From Botryllus schlosseri (Eukaryota), in NCBI GenBank assembly GCA_051294905.1, contig CM119372.1, positions 62,001-126,000 of the forward strand: a stretch of DNA of 64,000 nt, in the 5' to 3' direction. Position numbers and translations under genes: made by a program. The notes under the pieces were generated by a model, which saw only the letters and a program-made list of their open reading frames with translations, had not been told where the DNA came from and did no database searches. This document shows positions 24,819-38,300 of this stretch, piece after piece (the stretch's first letter is position 1; each line of letters begins with the position of its first letter).

Positions 24819-25273
24819 TAGGGTTGCATTTAAAATAAACGGTGTTTTAAAACACTTCGTTTAAAACATGTTTTGAACAAAGTGTTTTAAACAAAGGTAT
24901 TTTTGAAAAAAAATTGTTTTGTTTCAAGTTGTAAAATTATGCCATAATTGTGTAAATACTTTCCAAAAAACATGTTGTATGAGCCTACGGACAATTACCA
25001 CCCTATATAGCCGACGTATATCGATATGAGATGGTTGGAACCCTCAAAATAGTCGGTTCAACATTAATAGTACACGCAGATATTTCGTCAAATGAGCTAT
25101 ATTTACTCTATATTTTCAATTCCCAATGCCAATCCACTATGACGTCACAAGTGAATATTCGTGACGTCATGACTTAAAAAAAACGTAAAAAACAATATAA
25201 AACATGTTTTAAATTAGGGCCTTGTTTTAAACATGTTTGTTTTAAATAGATTTTTGTTCTAAATGCAACCCCA
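24819..25273. mobile_element. hAT MITE (tagggttgcattt TIR)
   Basis: Exact TSD ATTACACG (24811-24818, 25274-25281); second copy at 46362-48298. Confidence 0.85.
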
Positions 25274-26263
25274 ATTACACGAAACAGATGAATACGAACT
25301 GGAAAGTGCGCATCCTCTCAGCGAAAAGACTATGTATTTTCACCCGTGCACCACCCCTGATATACGGGTGCGAATATATACATCGATATGGTGCACTCAC
25401 ACCGCGGTATAAATCGAGTACAACATTTTAATCCAAATTATGCAGGAGCATCGCACTGCGAGTTAATCTATCTCGCCTTCTAACAGTTGTTCACTGACTA
25501 CAGCGGCATTTTGGCTACTCTGCTGTATTTCCCTATTTACGTTCGCAAATGCTTAATGCTTATACTCGTATATCGATCATGCGCAGGACTAAATTCGAAT
25601 TCGAAGGCTTGAGCCTACACCACTGCACACTGTTCAGTTTCGCGCTACGACTATAAAACTATCACGAAAGAACGTGTATTTGCTCGTCTAATTCAGAGAA
25701 GGAATGGTGTTTCTCGGCGCGCGCGCGCGCGTCCAAATCGACAATGTGCAACGAGCTCACGTTTTTATCATTTGGAGTCGCTTGCTCCGATTACTGGTTA
25801 GTTAATTTGCTCACATAAGCATTAGTCCCGTTTCGCGAAATATACAGTAATCATTATATTTCAAACCGCGCAATTGGCCATCAAGGTTGTGCTGATGACA
25901 AAATTGCAGGTATGCCGGATGCCCACAATGGCCACAAATATCAGAGAGTAGGCCAATGAGGGACATATCCTGCGTACCCAAGTTCGTGCCTATGTAGGCT
26001 ATCAACATGTGACTCCTCCGCTGTCAATTCCCCACGAACATGTCTAGAAGTGGCAACAATTCTTGATTTTGTCAACGGTTGCCATAAAACCATGTGAATT
26101 CATCCAATAGTAGTTGAATTCTTATGAAATACATCGGAGCCATAGCTACTCTTCAGGCAATTGGCTCGAAATCCGCTGAAAATCCATGGCGGCCCCGGCT
26201 CCGAAGCTCTGACCACAACGATGGCATATTATGTGTTACTCTGGCTCTGACAATTTATTTCAG

Positions 26264-26347
26264 GAGTACAGCAGCGAAGGATTGCGAGAACTTGCAACAG
26301 ATGTCGTCCATGCGCTCATCACGCTTCATTACGACTTGGTTTTTCTG
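26264..26347 (+). CDS. Ferritin L-like helix A exon
   Basis: tttcag|EYSSEGLRELATDVVHALITLHYDLVFL|gttagt. Confidence 0.78.
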
Positions 26348-29300
26348 GTTAGTACTGGCTGTTTGTTGTCCATCTACGCATCTTTAGACATATGCGACGT
26401 AAACGAGCGTAAGTGTAGGTGTATTCGCGTCTAATTAGTTGCGGACTCCTTCGAGTTTTGTGGGCGGCTGTGGACCTGGACCCCAAAAACTGCAGAAGCT
26501 GATGACGAAACGAAAGTCTACGCTTTGTGACATAATCTTGACTTGAATTAATTGACATCTAACTCCTAACTGTTGACCATAGGCATGTTTTTTTGACATT
26601 TGAAGAACTAGGTGCCAAAACTGTCAAAATTTTAAAATGCGAAGAACAAGACATTAAGAAAAATTGGTTTTTGACAATTTTTTTAATAAAAACGTAAGCA
26701 GGAATTGAAATGATCACGTTTCGAACGAGTAAACATATGTGTGTGTAAAGCCGGGATTCTTGAACTTGGGTCTGTGAATGATAGCCGGCCCATTCATTGT
26801 ATTTTCAGTCCCATCGGCATCAGAGGTCCTCATGCTTCCACCCGAAAGTCGCCGGTTATTTCCGAAATTTAGCGAAAGAGAAGGTCTCGACTCTGGACGC
26901 GGTCATAAAGTTCATTCATGAAAAGCAGGTAGAAAAAAAATTTGTTTCCTTCGTTCTGTCACCTCACCACCAGACTTGTTTAAACTACAAATCTAGTTGA
27001 TTGATCGTCAACTAGCTACTGGTTTTTTAGTAGTTCTAGTTGTGAACTTTAAAAGTTGATATATAGTTCTATGGTTGTGGTTGCGTATTTTGAAAAGTTT
27101 GTAGTTTTAGTTCTAGTTTCGGAGTTCGAGAAAAGTGATTTCGAAAATCCAGCAGCTTTTACAAGTATGCTTTACATATTCTCTTCTAGGCAACCGAAGA
27201 TGCAACCACCGATTGCCCGACCAATTATGTGGCAATGATGGAAAAAGACGGTTTTAAGGAAACGGTTATGTTAAGAGATCTGGGAGACGACGCCATGATT
27301 TCTTCATTTCGAAAAGCCTACGAGTTCGAAACGAATCTCGCCCGTACCCTCACTCAGGTTTTTCATCACTCGGAAAATAATAAAGAAATTGAGGTGAGAG
27401 CCAGAGTTGGAGGAATTGTAATTTGTAATTGAGCTGAATGTATAATTACATTTTTTCATGTGATTGTAATTGTAATTGAAGCATTTTCATTTTGGTAATT
27501 GTAATAGTAATTGTAATTGGATAAAATTTTTGCCTAATTACAATTACATTACATTGTTATTGAGACCTGAGAAGCACAACACAAAATAATTGACGCTTCT
27601 TCGTTTTACGATCAACAGCTAACCAGTGCTCACCGTGACACTAATAACTGTCTCCCATCAACATGTCAAAATTTATAAACATTAAAATAATTGTTTTTCG
27701 CGTTGGTATTGGTGTTGTGGGTGCGGGATATTAGGGTTCCTACGCATGCCACTTCCTTTCCATCGCTTGCTTTTCTGTTATCTTATGTTGCTTTTCATTC
27801 ACTGTGTACATACCTCAGTGTTGGGATCAAGTCACGACCTTCGAGTCACGAGTCATCTCGAGTCATTGCACATTTTGACTCGAGTCAAGTCAAGTCGATC
27901 GATTTTCGAAGGTGACTCGAGTCATGTCAAGTCACTCGTTTTTTGTAGGTGACTCGTGTCAAGTCGAGTCAAGTCGGGTCAAGTCATGAGTCCAGTCAAG
28001 ATTCAAGTCACGATTCAAGTCAAATGGAATTTTCGAAGTATGAATGATGATGCAAAGTCAGTACATTTTGCTAACTGGGTGAAAGACGGATTAATTGGCC
28101 ATTTATCGAATATAAAGTTAAATATACATGCAAAAAGGCGTTGTATCGCTCACGCACACGAAAAGCTGCTAATAAAGTACGTGGGTAACTGCGCATATGC
28201 TACATGCTACAGACTGGTAATATCAGCCAACTTAGTGGCAGGGCATGGTATGGTATGGTATGGAACGACAATTTTCCATACTCCATACTTGCCTTACTCT
28301 CTCCATACCATACTTGCAATTTTCCATACCATACCAACGTTGTTTCATACCACACTTAATACATATTTCATACTTTCAAATAGTTTCATGTCATAAATAT
28401 AGTAGCCTACCTTTTTTACCACCTATATTATTGATATTCGGGTGTCATTTTTGCTTGAACTAGCCATGATGCGAATCTAATTCCTGGTGATAGTTTTACA
28501 GAGTCTGTTTTGGTGAGGTTTATTAGTTCACGGTGGTGAGGTGCCGTGTACGTCTACTCTGCAGCTTCCGCGAGCAAAATGAGATAGTCAGCAGATTGTT
28601 ATCTAGGACAGTCCATAAAAGGGACGGGTAACATACGGACCGCGGGCCAGATGCAGCTCGCGACAAGATTTTGTCCGGCTCGCGTACAGTTTCCCGTCTT
28701 GCATGATAATGTGGCCCGCGGCCCCAGTCTGCCGAGATTCCCCACTACTTGCCTAAACGTCAAATTTTAGTGACTGTATGTTAGGGTTACCATATTTTTA
28801 TGAAGCAAATTCCGGACACTCTTTAGCGCCCACTAGCGGATTTTAAAAGGAGGTGCAACACATTGACCAACAATATGACGTCACACTAGCAAAGCATTGC
28901 CCATCGACTGTATACACTATGCAGGAATGGAGTGGAACATAGTTCATGAATTGGGCCATCTGTAATGTCAGCTCTGCTGATTGCTACTTGCTAGGGTCTG
29001 CAATAGATTCCTCCACGGGCCGGATGAAATCATCTGGCGGGCCGTGTCTGGCCTGCCATGATTGTGTTTGACAGCCCTGTCGGTGTGGCTATCTATTTAT
29101 GTGTTTTCATCAGGTCCGAAACATCATTTTTTCTGCCTCTTCCGCCCAAAAAAGCACTGATCTTGGGCCCAACATAGGGTAGTCGATGTAAGTTGTTGGG
29201 CACTTACTATATGCATTTGGCTGTTAAATTTTATGAATGAATTCTGTCAATAATATTGATTCTTCCATATATTAGGCTACTATAAAATACACCAGCAGTT

Positions 29301-32300
29301 TGCACATCCCGTGATTTCCAACCTTTTATGGTCGCGACCTCATTTCCGACTTGAAAATGTTCCGTGGCAGAGCTCAAAACTTGATAAACTGATTACTAAA
29401 AAAATGCCGCTTGCCCAAACATACTCACGGCCTAGGAAGCTGATTACGTCTAACATCATCGCGATCCCCAGATAAAGGCGAACGACCCCAAGATTTGAAA
29501 CCACCGTCTGTGACTGAAGCATCCAATCGGCCTTAACCAACTCTAGCAATATACCGTTAGCTTATAATTGCGATTGCAATCAGACTTCTTTCAGTAAATG
29601 ATGGGTATTTATATTTATTTTGATAGCATCTTTTGACGAAGGTGGTGCCTGGTGCCCATACTAATATCATTATACGTTGCATTAACTCGCGCGTGGCGCG
29701 AAGAACAATTTTGAATAGCATAAATCTGCTTGAAAATAATATTGTTTATGTTGATTTACGAAAAACTTTTGAGCCTGCTTCAAGCCTTCAAAATTCCGGA
29801 CATTTAGGCATATTTTAGAAATTCCTCCCGGACGCAGATTTTTCAGTGAAATTCCGGACATGTCCGGGAAATTCCGGACGTATGGCAACCCTACTGTATG
29901 TTATTATATAGGTGTGCGTGCTGCGCAGCGTGCGAGAGTGGAGCTTACGCGTAAGTTCGTCGAAGCGAGAAGACTTGCATTATCGGCATTTACGATGTAC
30001 TCAACCTTAATGAATTGAAATCTTGATAAATTTTGGGTACCGAGCTTATCAAACGCTTTAAAATCTTAAATAAGGATTGCACCGTGATTTAGTTGATCAG
30101 AGAGAAGCAGACATGGCGACGCCTGTATGACAATGCTGTTCTCAAATCCACACTGTACTGTCATTATCGGCGAGAAATGGCTCTGAAGTGACATATTGCT
30201 GTCGATAAAATACATTCATTAAATACGATTTATTCCTTGTATCTGTGCGCGAATAATGTATCCATTCAGCAATCCGGCCCGCTGACTGGAGAAGTTGCCC
30301 GCCCCTGCTCCATAAGAATATCGTCGCATTTCCGGTACATTGGCATGAGGCGCATGCAAGTTTGAAGTAAATACTCGCAAAATAACTTATAATATAGGCG
30401 CACCAAAAAATGTCCGAGCTATTACAGGCGATCAATACTGCAGCGATCTGCGTGATTGGTTGAGGATAGCGTGGTGAGAATTTCAAACTATATCCACCCC
30501 ACTCCCTGATCTATACTCCTAATGTGAGATCGTTTGAAACATGGCCATTAAGATATCTCGCTATGTAAATAGTATAAATGTGAGGACAATATTTCAGAAG
30601 AAATGTAATTATCAATCACATTGAGCAATTAGTACGTTGTATCATGATTGCTTGTAAGCTGTCGTCACTCAAGGAATGAGGTAGTTGGAGTAGCCCACAT
30701 TACCAATTATTGCATCACACGATAGACTTTGCTCGGAGACGTAGTGCTAGATTCAATACGGCCGTAAACCAAACTTTACGCTGATTGGTCGAGAGACAAT
30801 GGCCATGGATACATCGCACCAACGGAGGACGCTGCATTTACCTAAGCCAAGGGTCGGCAACCTACGGCCCGCGGGCCGGATCCGGCCCGCCAAGCGAAAT
30901 CGTCCGGCCCGCGACATGATAATTAGTTATCACAAGAATACGGGCCGCCGCTTCATAATGAGTTTCAATCTGCAGTGCAGCGCTGCATGAAAAAAATGCG
31001 ACATTGCTACGCTATAATAGTAGCCTACATCGTATTAGTCTATTGTTACGCCATGAAACGAAGGTGGTTGAAGTAGGAGATGGAGATAGACTATAGACTG
31101 GATCAGTGCTTATCAATCGGGTGTATCTCGCAACCGAAGGTGTTCCATCCTTTTTAAAGGGCTGATCACTCTAACGGGGCGTGACAATAAAGGTGTTCTT
31201 CCTTAGCTTCAAGAGCGCTTGGAGCATCTCAGACGCAATGACGGAATCTCAAACTATTCAATTATAGATAACTAGCCTCCGTATGTTAGTTAGCCTGTCT
31301 ATAGTTTGATTTTCCAGAAGGCATTGTGTGCCAATACAAAAAACCAGAATAGTGTTTTGGCCACAATGGTGAAAACTGTTAATATGATTTTGTCTCATCA
31401 ACATTATCAGTTACGCCAGATATTACTAGATGCAGAGAATCAATATGGCGATGTCATGTTGGCCTATATCTGTCATGTTCATTGTTCGCTCATTGAGTCG
31501 AGCAGCTATGCTTACACGAGTGTATGATCTGCGAAATGAAATAGCAACTTTCCTCGAAAATACAAATATCGCCGACTCATAATCTTGTAATCGAAAATGG
31601 GTATCTCATCTTGCTTTCCTGGTACATTTAACGTCACATCTGAACAAATTGAACTTGCAACTTCAGGGGGAAAACAACTACATACATGAGATGTTGAGGC
31701 GCATTCAAAACAAATCTGTGACTCTGGAAATGTCAACAGTACAACGAAAATTATGCTCACTTTCCTATACTGGAGGAGAGAAAACCTAGTACCAACACTA
31801 CATTTGTAACTGTGATACGAAATTTAACTACTGAATATTCACCCGCTTTTCCGACATTCCTTGTCTACAAAATGAATTCTGACTATTCAGTATACTCTGT
31901 TTAATATGGACGCCAATACCATTGCCTGAAAATTTCAAATGGGCTTTTCTGAAATGCGATGCAGTTGAATTGAATGACAAATTTCATACAAAGAGCATAT
32001 CGCTGCATGACTTTGACAAAGAGTACGTTCTTGAAATTGGTCTTTATCCCAGCTTGACCAGCAATGCAAAAAAATTGCATCGATTTTTGAAAGCACGTAC
32101 GCATGTCAACAATAGTTTTGAACAATGAAATTCACGAAGAGCAAGCTAAGATCACGTATTTCGGACGTCCATTTTGAATATAGGGTCTGATTCTTGTTTC
32201 ATCTGACTTGTTACCAGAAGTTGAAAACCTTTCACAAAGCAAGCTGCGTCAATTGTCACAATTATTCTGTGTCGTTGAAGTGTAAATACATGTGTCTTCG

Positions 32301-35300
32301 GATTGGTATGATTGAGATTGCAGCAATGTAGGATAATATACCGAAGTGAGCGTAAAATATAGTACTAAGAAAAAATCCGGCCCGCCGAAAGGTTGTACAC
32401 ACGAAATTTGGCCCGCGACGAGCAAAAGGTTGCCGACCCCTGACCTAAGCCTATAGTCGGCACTACGATGTATTCCTATAGCCGTGTAGACTGTATAAAA
32501 ACGACAAGATTACAGTTAAATGTTTATTTCTTCATCAATAATAAAATTAGGAAAGGAAATTAAATATTTAGTAACGTACACCAAAATATAATGCCGAAAT
32601 ACTGCTGTGTTTATAAATTCAGTGCCACCAATGGCAATGAACAGGGAAAGAACAGATTTTTCCATTCATTTCCTTTCAACGCAAAGGTCAGGAAGGCTTG
32701 GGAATGCAGAGTAAGAAGGCAGGATTTCAACCCTACTTCCACAAGCTTCATTTGCTCCTCATCGCTGGTGTCACTGCCGTTGCAGTGACTTAAAAAGCCC
32801 AGAAATCACAGTGAGCCGAGCTGCAAGTCGGCAGGTAAAGACCCGATGAATCGCGAGCCGATGCATGAGAGAGTGGAAAGAATGTCAAAGACAAGAATAA
32901 ATGCATTGATCAGTTCAAATACTGTCATGTCGTGGAGCACAAAGCCTTGAACAGGCTAAAAGCACCACTGTTGTGTACAATAATAATAAACAAAATCAAT
33001 GCCATAAACAGTCTGGCAGTGCCTGTCTTGAGATATAGCTTTGGTGTGGTGAACTGGCGCAAAGATGAAATTAAAAAATTGGACACAAAGACGAGAAAAC
33101 TGATGACAATGCACCACATGCATCACCCAAAATCTGATACACAAAGACTGTACATCCCCAGAAAAAAAGGTGGTCGAGGACTACAAGAAATTGAACAAAC
33201 TTTCAAAACAGAAATCATTGGCTTGTCACAGTACATTAACAACAGCGATAACATTTACTGCAAACTCATTGCACAGGAAGACAAACAGCGCAAAACAAAA
33301 TCTCTGAGCTATCGTCACGACAAGTACGTCAGAGAAGTCAACATGGAAACAGCTAACCTGTACACTGCTGAAAATACTGTTGCCAAACCCACAACAATAG
33401 CAAAAGCAGCATGAGTTCGATACAAAAATGCAACGCTCAAAATGAGAGAAACGATATGGGAGTCAATGCCTGTTCATGGACAGCACAAGAGTTAACTTCA
33501 TAGCCCCATGTAGACGAGCTTTCATGGACCTGGCTACTCAGCTCTGGTCTGAAACCGACAAGCGAAGGGTTCATTTTCGCAGCACAAGACCAATCGCTTC
33601 CTACTAAATACTATCGCAAAAGAATTCTGAAGCAAAACACAGACGGCAAATGCAGAATGTGCCACAACCAAAATGAAACTGTGGCACATCTCATGTCCGG
33701 CTGTGGTGCACTTGCAGCTACCGAATAGGGTAGATGTGGTACCGATGGATCACTGGGACCGAAAATACTTTGAAAATTCTCTATGATAATTCCATGATTA
33801 CACTCCATGAACTTGTCTACAATTGCATGCTGGCAAAATCTTTCCTTGCATACAAAAAAATTCGACGAGCTCGAGCTATGGGGCTCTCAGATGTTTTTTG
33901 CTTTGGGGGGTGTTAACTAAATTTAGATCGACATATACATATTTCTTTGTGACCTTCAACACGAACAAACCAGCAATCATTTTTATTGTGAAGTGTAGGG
34001 CTTGTATCAGGCTATATAATGGCACCTATTATTTTTTTCAGTACTTTCCTTGATTGGAATTTTTTTCAATTCATGTGTAAAATTCATAGGGTGGTGACCG
34101 ATGATACAATAGCAAAATCAAGCAAAATAATCAAGCATTCTAATCATGAAACAAATGAAACATGCCTACGTACAGAAAATCTTTTTTGTAATAATTGCAT
34201 ATGATGTTTTATCGCTATAACGAGGTATTTGGAAGTCACACTGTCGATTTTCGGGCAATATGTATGTATCCTCAAATTTATAAGTTCGAGCCTAAATCCA
34301 AACGTGATTTTACGACAACATTTGAGTTATTATTTATTCTATTTTTTGACATATTTGCGACCAAACATTCTTCTTTGGCTTGCTGTAGCTTTGATTATAA
34401 TACTGAGCAAGAAAAGTTGTCACATCTGTTTTTTAGGGTATATGTGTCATAGGTCCCCGGGTCGTGTGCCATTGGACCCACCGGGTGAGGACCGATGATA
34501 CGTTCGAGCAACAAATTTTGAACGTCCATAAATATTTTTTGAAAAGACGGATATTCATGTATATGTGCGCGATAGAGCTTGTATCAAAGTGCTGAGCCAG
34601 CAAAAGATCTGCTGTTTGCGGCTGAACATTTTGGGGCCAGCGATCATTTTCTAATTTTTGATCCATCGGTACCACATCTCCCCTACACATGGAGACACAA
34701 TAGGGTTGGGCACTACATTCATCTTGAATTATGCAAACATTTTAACATCACTACTTCGACAAAAAATTGGTACGATTACAGCCCAGCACCAGTGACAGAA
34801 AACGACCAGGTAAAAATTCTGTGGGATGTACCAGTTATAACTGACCGCGAAATCAGAAGCAACCGCCCGGATATGATCATCAAACTAAAAAAGAAAAGAG
34901 AATGCTTGTTCATTGAACTGGCTCTCCCAGGTAATCATAATATACAACAAAAAGAATCAGAAAAGCAGTCCAAATGCGCAGACCTCAAAATGGAATGTGA
35001 GAAAATGTGGCGATGCTAAATAAACATTGTACCGATAGTTATTGGCGCTACAGGGGTCGTGTGCAAAAAACTCATGAGACATATCCGACAGATTCCGGGT
35101 AACGTTCGATTCGACATGATCCAAAAGATCACGTTATTGGGCACTGTGCATATTCTTCGGAAGGCGTTGAATGCACCACTCGACTAAAATTATACTAGTG
35201 AATCACAGCATCATTTCTGTAATTTCGATTCTTCATTTTCCATCATCTCTACCTCTGCTCTGTAACCCTTGCCAATTCTTCATCTACTGCAATTCTGTAA

Positions 35301-38300
35301 TCTGACTTAGACTCCATGTATTGCATAGAGATAACAATTTGACTGCATTACTGAAATTTTAAAAAATTTACTCCAATCTCGCCATTTTCCTTTGGGTGCA
35401 GGTTGCTCCCCGGATTATGTGTGTATTGACCAGTTTCTTACTGTGAATAAAGAATATAATAATAATTTGCTAATAATAATAATAATAATTTGCTCCTACC
35501 ACTTTTGCAAGGAAGATTTTGCTGCTAGTGCATTATAGATACACCAATACAGTCACGTCTAAAGAGAGGTGCGATTCCCAGTTGCAATCTCCGTGGTGAA
35601 GCAGAAGATACGCGCATTGCAAAGAGGCGGACCCTGAACTCCATGCCGTGTCAACTGTCTTCCTCCAATGTTGTGGATGATGCACATGCAAATCTTACAT
35701 TGTCATCTGGTGATCATGATCTAGAATCGCCATCGTGTAGCCTTGAAATGGAATCTTCAAATCCATCACCTGAATCTTAGGGTTAGAAGCCAACAAAGTC
35801 AGTCATATGCAGATTAGCTACCTAAGCCCACAGGACATCAGAACAGAGAGGATGTGCAGAATGGGGTACATACATAGGACTCTTCGACTCACAAGTAGCA
35901 GTTTTGGTAGGGTTTTAGGCTACTTTGAGGGGAACAAGAGAGCAGGTACTCCATATGCAAAATCTCTTTTCAAATCACTTCAAGGACAGTACAGTATGAA
36001 CAGGTATTCGATATTGTGGGGGTTATTGCACGAAGAAATGGTCATTCAAGACTACTAAGCATCACTCATATGAATGTAGCAAAGATTGGTCTTGTTTATT
36101 TTCCATATGGATATCTGGGTGCTTCACATGATAGAGTGATTCTAGCTGAGCAGACCTCATCTGCACTGGTGTGCTTGAGGTATCGTAACAGCACATGCGA
36201 TGAGTTCATGAAATTTGAACTTGGGCAGAAATCACAGAAAAAGAGTTTTTATTTGACTGCTGCTAGATAATTACAAGTAAATCACTCTTATTGGCATCAA
36301 ATTCAGGCCTAAATGTATGCCACAAATAGTCCTGCCTTCTTATACTCTGCATTTCCAAGCCTTCCTGTCCTTTGCGTTGGAAGAAAATGAATGGAAAGAT
36401 CTGTTCTTCCCCAGTTCATTGCCATTGGTGGCACTGCATTCATAAACACAGCAGTATTTCGGCATTATATTTCAGTATATGTTATTAAATATTTTCTTTC
36501 CATTCCTAATTTTATTATTGATGAAGAAATAAACATTTCACTGTAATCTCGTCATTTTTATACAGTCTACACGGCTATAGGAATATATCGTAGTGCCGAC
36601 TATAGGCTTAGGTAAATGCAGCGTCCTCCGTTGCTGCGCCGTATCCATGGCCATTGTCTCTCGACCAATCAGCGTAAAGTTTGGTTTACGGCCGTATAGA
36701 ATATCGGATCAACATTACTGTTGTCATTATTACGTCACAAAATCATGTCATTCCAAGTGCTCCTAAAACCGTTGCACAAACGTGTATTTGTTCCTACACA
36801 GCATTCAATAGTTCACGTTCACACATAACAAAAGCGATCGTATTCCGTGAACAGCGATCAACGTACGCTTCATGAAGCTTGTACAGATCACGCGATAAAA
36901 TGTATGAAACGTCCAAGTATGGAAATGTCGTTCCATACCATAGATTAAAATCTTCCATTCCATACCATATACTTGCAATGTTCCATATTCCATACCAAAA
37001 TATCGATCCATACCATACCATACTTCCATACCATACCATGCCCTGCTTAGCAGTGTTGGGATGACTCGAGTCATGACTTGACTCGAGTCAGACTCGAGTC
37101 ACCTTTGTCGCATGACTTGACTTGACTCGAGTCACTTTGCTAAAATGACTTGACTTGACTTGACTCGGCGTATCAGAAATGTGGATTGACTCGTGACTCG
37201 GAGCAAAATTCACGAGTCAATTTCAAGTCATCAAGTAATCGGTGTCGATATAAATCACAGTATCTTGCATATGTTCGGATTGTTCGCGAAACGCTTGTGT
37301 AGCCCGTGAAAGCGACCAATCATTCAATGACCGTGCGTTTCACTGAGCCTCGATTGTTCTCTCACAAATAAATTGACCGCAAACGAAGTGATAGAAGCTT
37401 ACAGTATACGTTGTCGTAACTCAAGCAGTAAAGTAATAGAATAGCAAAATGTATATTTCTGTTATCTGTTCTTACCATAACCAAACCTCTTGTTTTATTG
37501 AAATTCAAGTAGAATATAGTTTATGTAGTCCTCGACCAGGGTTGTAATGACTCGAGTCATGACTCGACTCGAGTCAGACTCGAGTCACGATTTTTTTGTG
37601 ACTCGACTTGACTCGAGTCATTTTCTTAAAATTGGAAAATGACTCGACTCGACTCGAGTCAATATTTGGATTGACTCGACTTGTACTCGAGTCATTACGC
37701 ATGACTCGACTCAAGTCATTGACTCGGCTTATTTCATATGACTTGAAGGTGAAGAAATTTGGGAATTACAATGGTTAGATCAACGCATGTGACGAATTCT
37801 GTCGACATCGCTATTTGTCACCACTGCTTTCGTTGCACTCGTCTGATATCAGATATGCCGCCGTAAAAACAAAAGACAATGGTACATAGTAGCAAAGAGC
37901 AATGCATTGTACAAAATAATCCCGTGGTGAAGAGGTAATAGTACTCAAGACTTTTCAATTATACAAGCAAACAATCGAAGCAAAGTCCAATTAGAGCCAA
38001 TGAAATGACTCAGATGGTCAAGTAGCCTACTTGGAAGAGACTGATAAGCTCATGTGTAGATTTGAAGGCGATGATTCTTTGTATTTTTGGGCGACTAGAA
38101 AGGATGAGTATCTAATGCTCTTCTGTGTGGTTCAAAATTGCTTTTCAATTCAAGCATCTAATGCAACAGTGGAACGTGTATCCAGTAGATGTGGATTATT
38201 CTAAGGCCATCCGCCTTAACATATATGAGAATCTCCTTTCCACTTTAGTATTTTTAAGTGTAACTCATTGATTTGATCTGCTGTCTGTATAAACACACAA

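Larger units (their letters stand above)
30751..36702 (+). mobile_element. Long-TIR THAP-domain DNA transposon remnant (probably Harbinger/ISL2EU-related)
   Basis: ~400-bp inverted arms (atacggccgtaaaccaaactttacgctgattgg...). THAP domain MPKYCCV..W..RVRRQDF.P..ICS|YHF.KEDF is split by a LINE. A weak DDE-like remnant (YLGASHDRV) lies near 36110-36140. Confidence 0.7.
28239..37045. mobile_element. (TATGG)n hAT-type element containing further insertions
   Basis: TIR cagggcatggtatgg; TSD CTTAGTGG, whose right copy is split by the 37051-41253 insertion. Confidence 0.85.

Noticed and set aside
14714..30396. Inverted repeats apparently bracketing both ferritins as a giant composite transposon or inverted segmental duplication
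   Set aside because: The right copy lies inside a ferritin intron and has its own partner end and TSD (28239-37045); the two are separate copies of one transposon.
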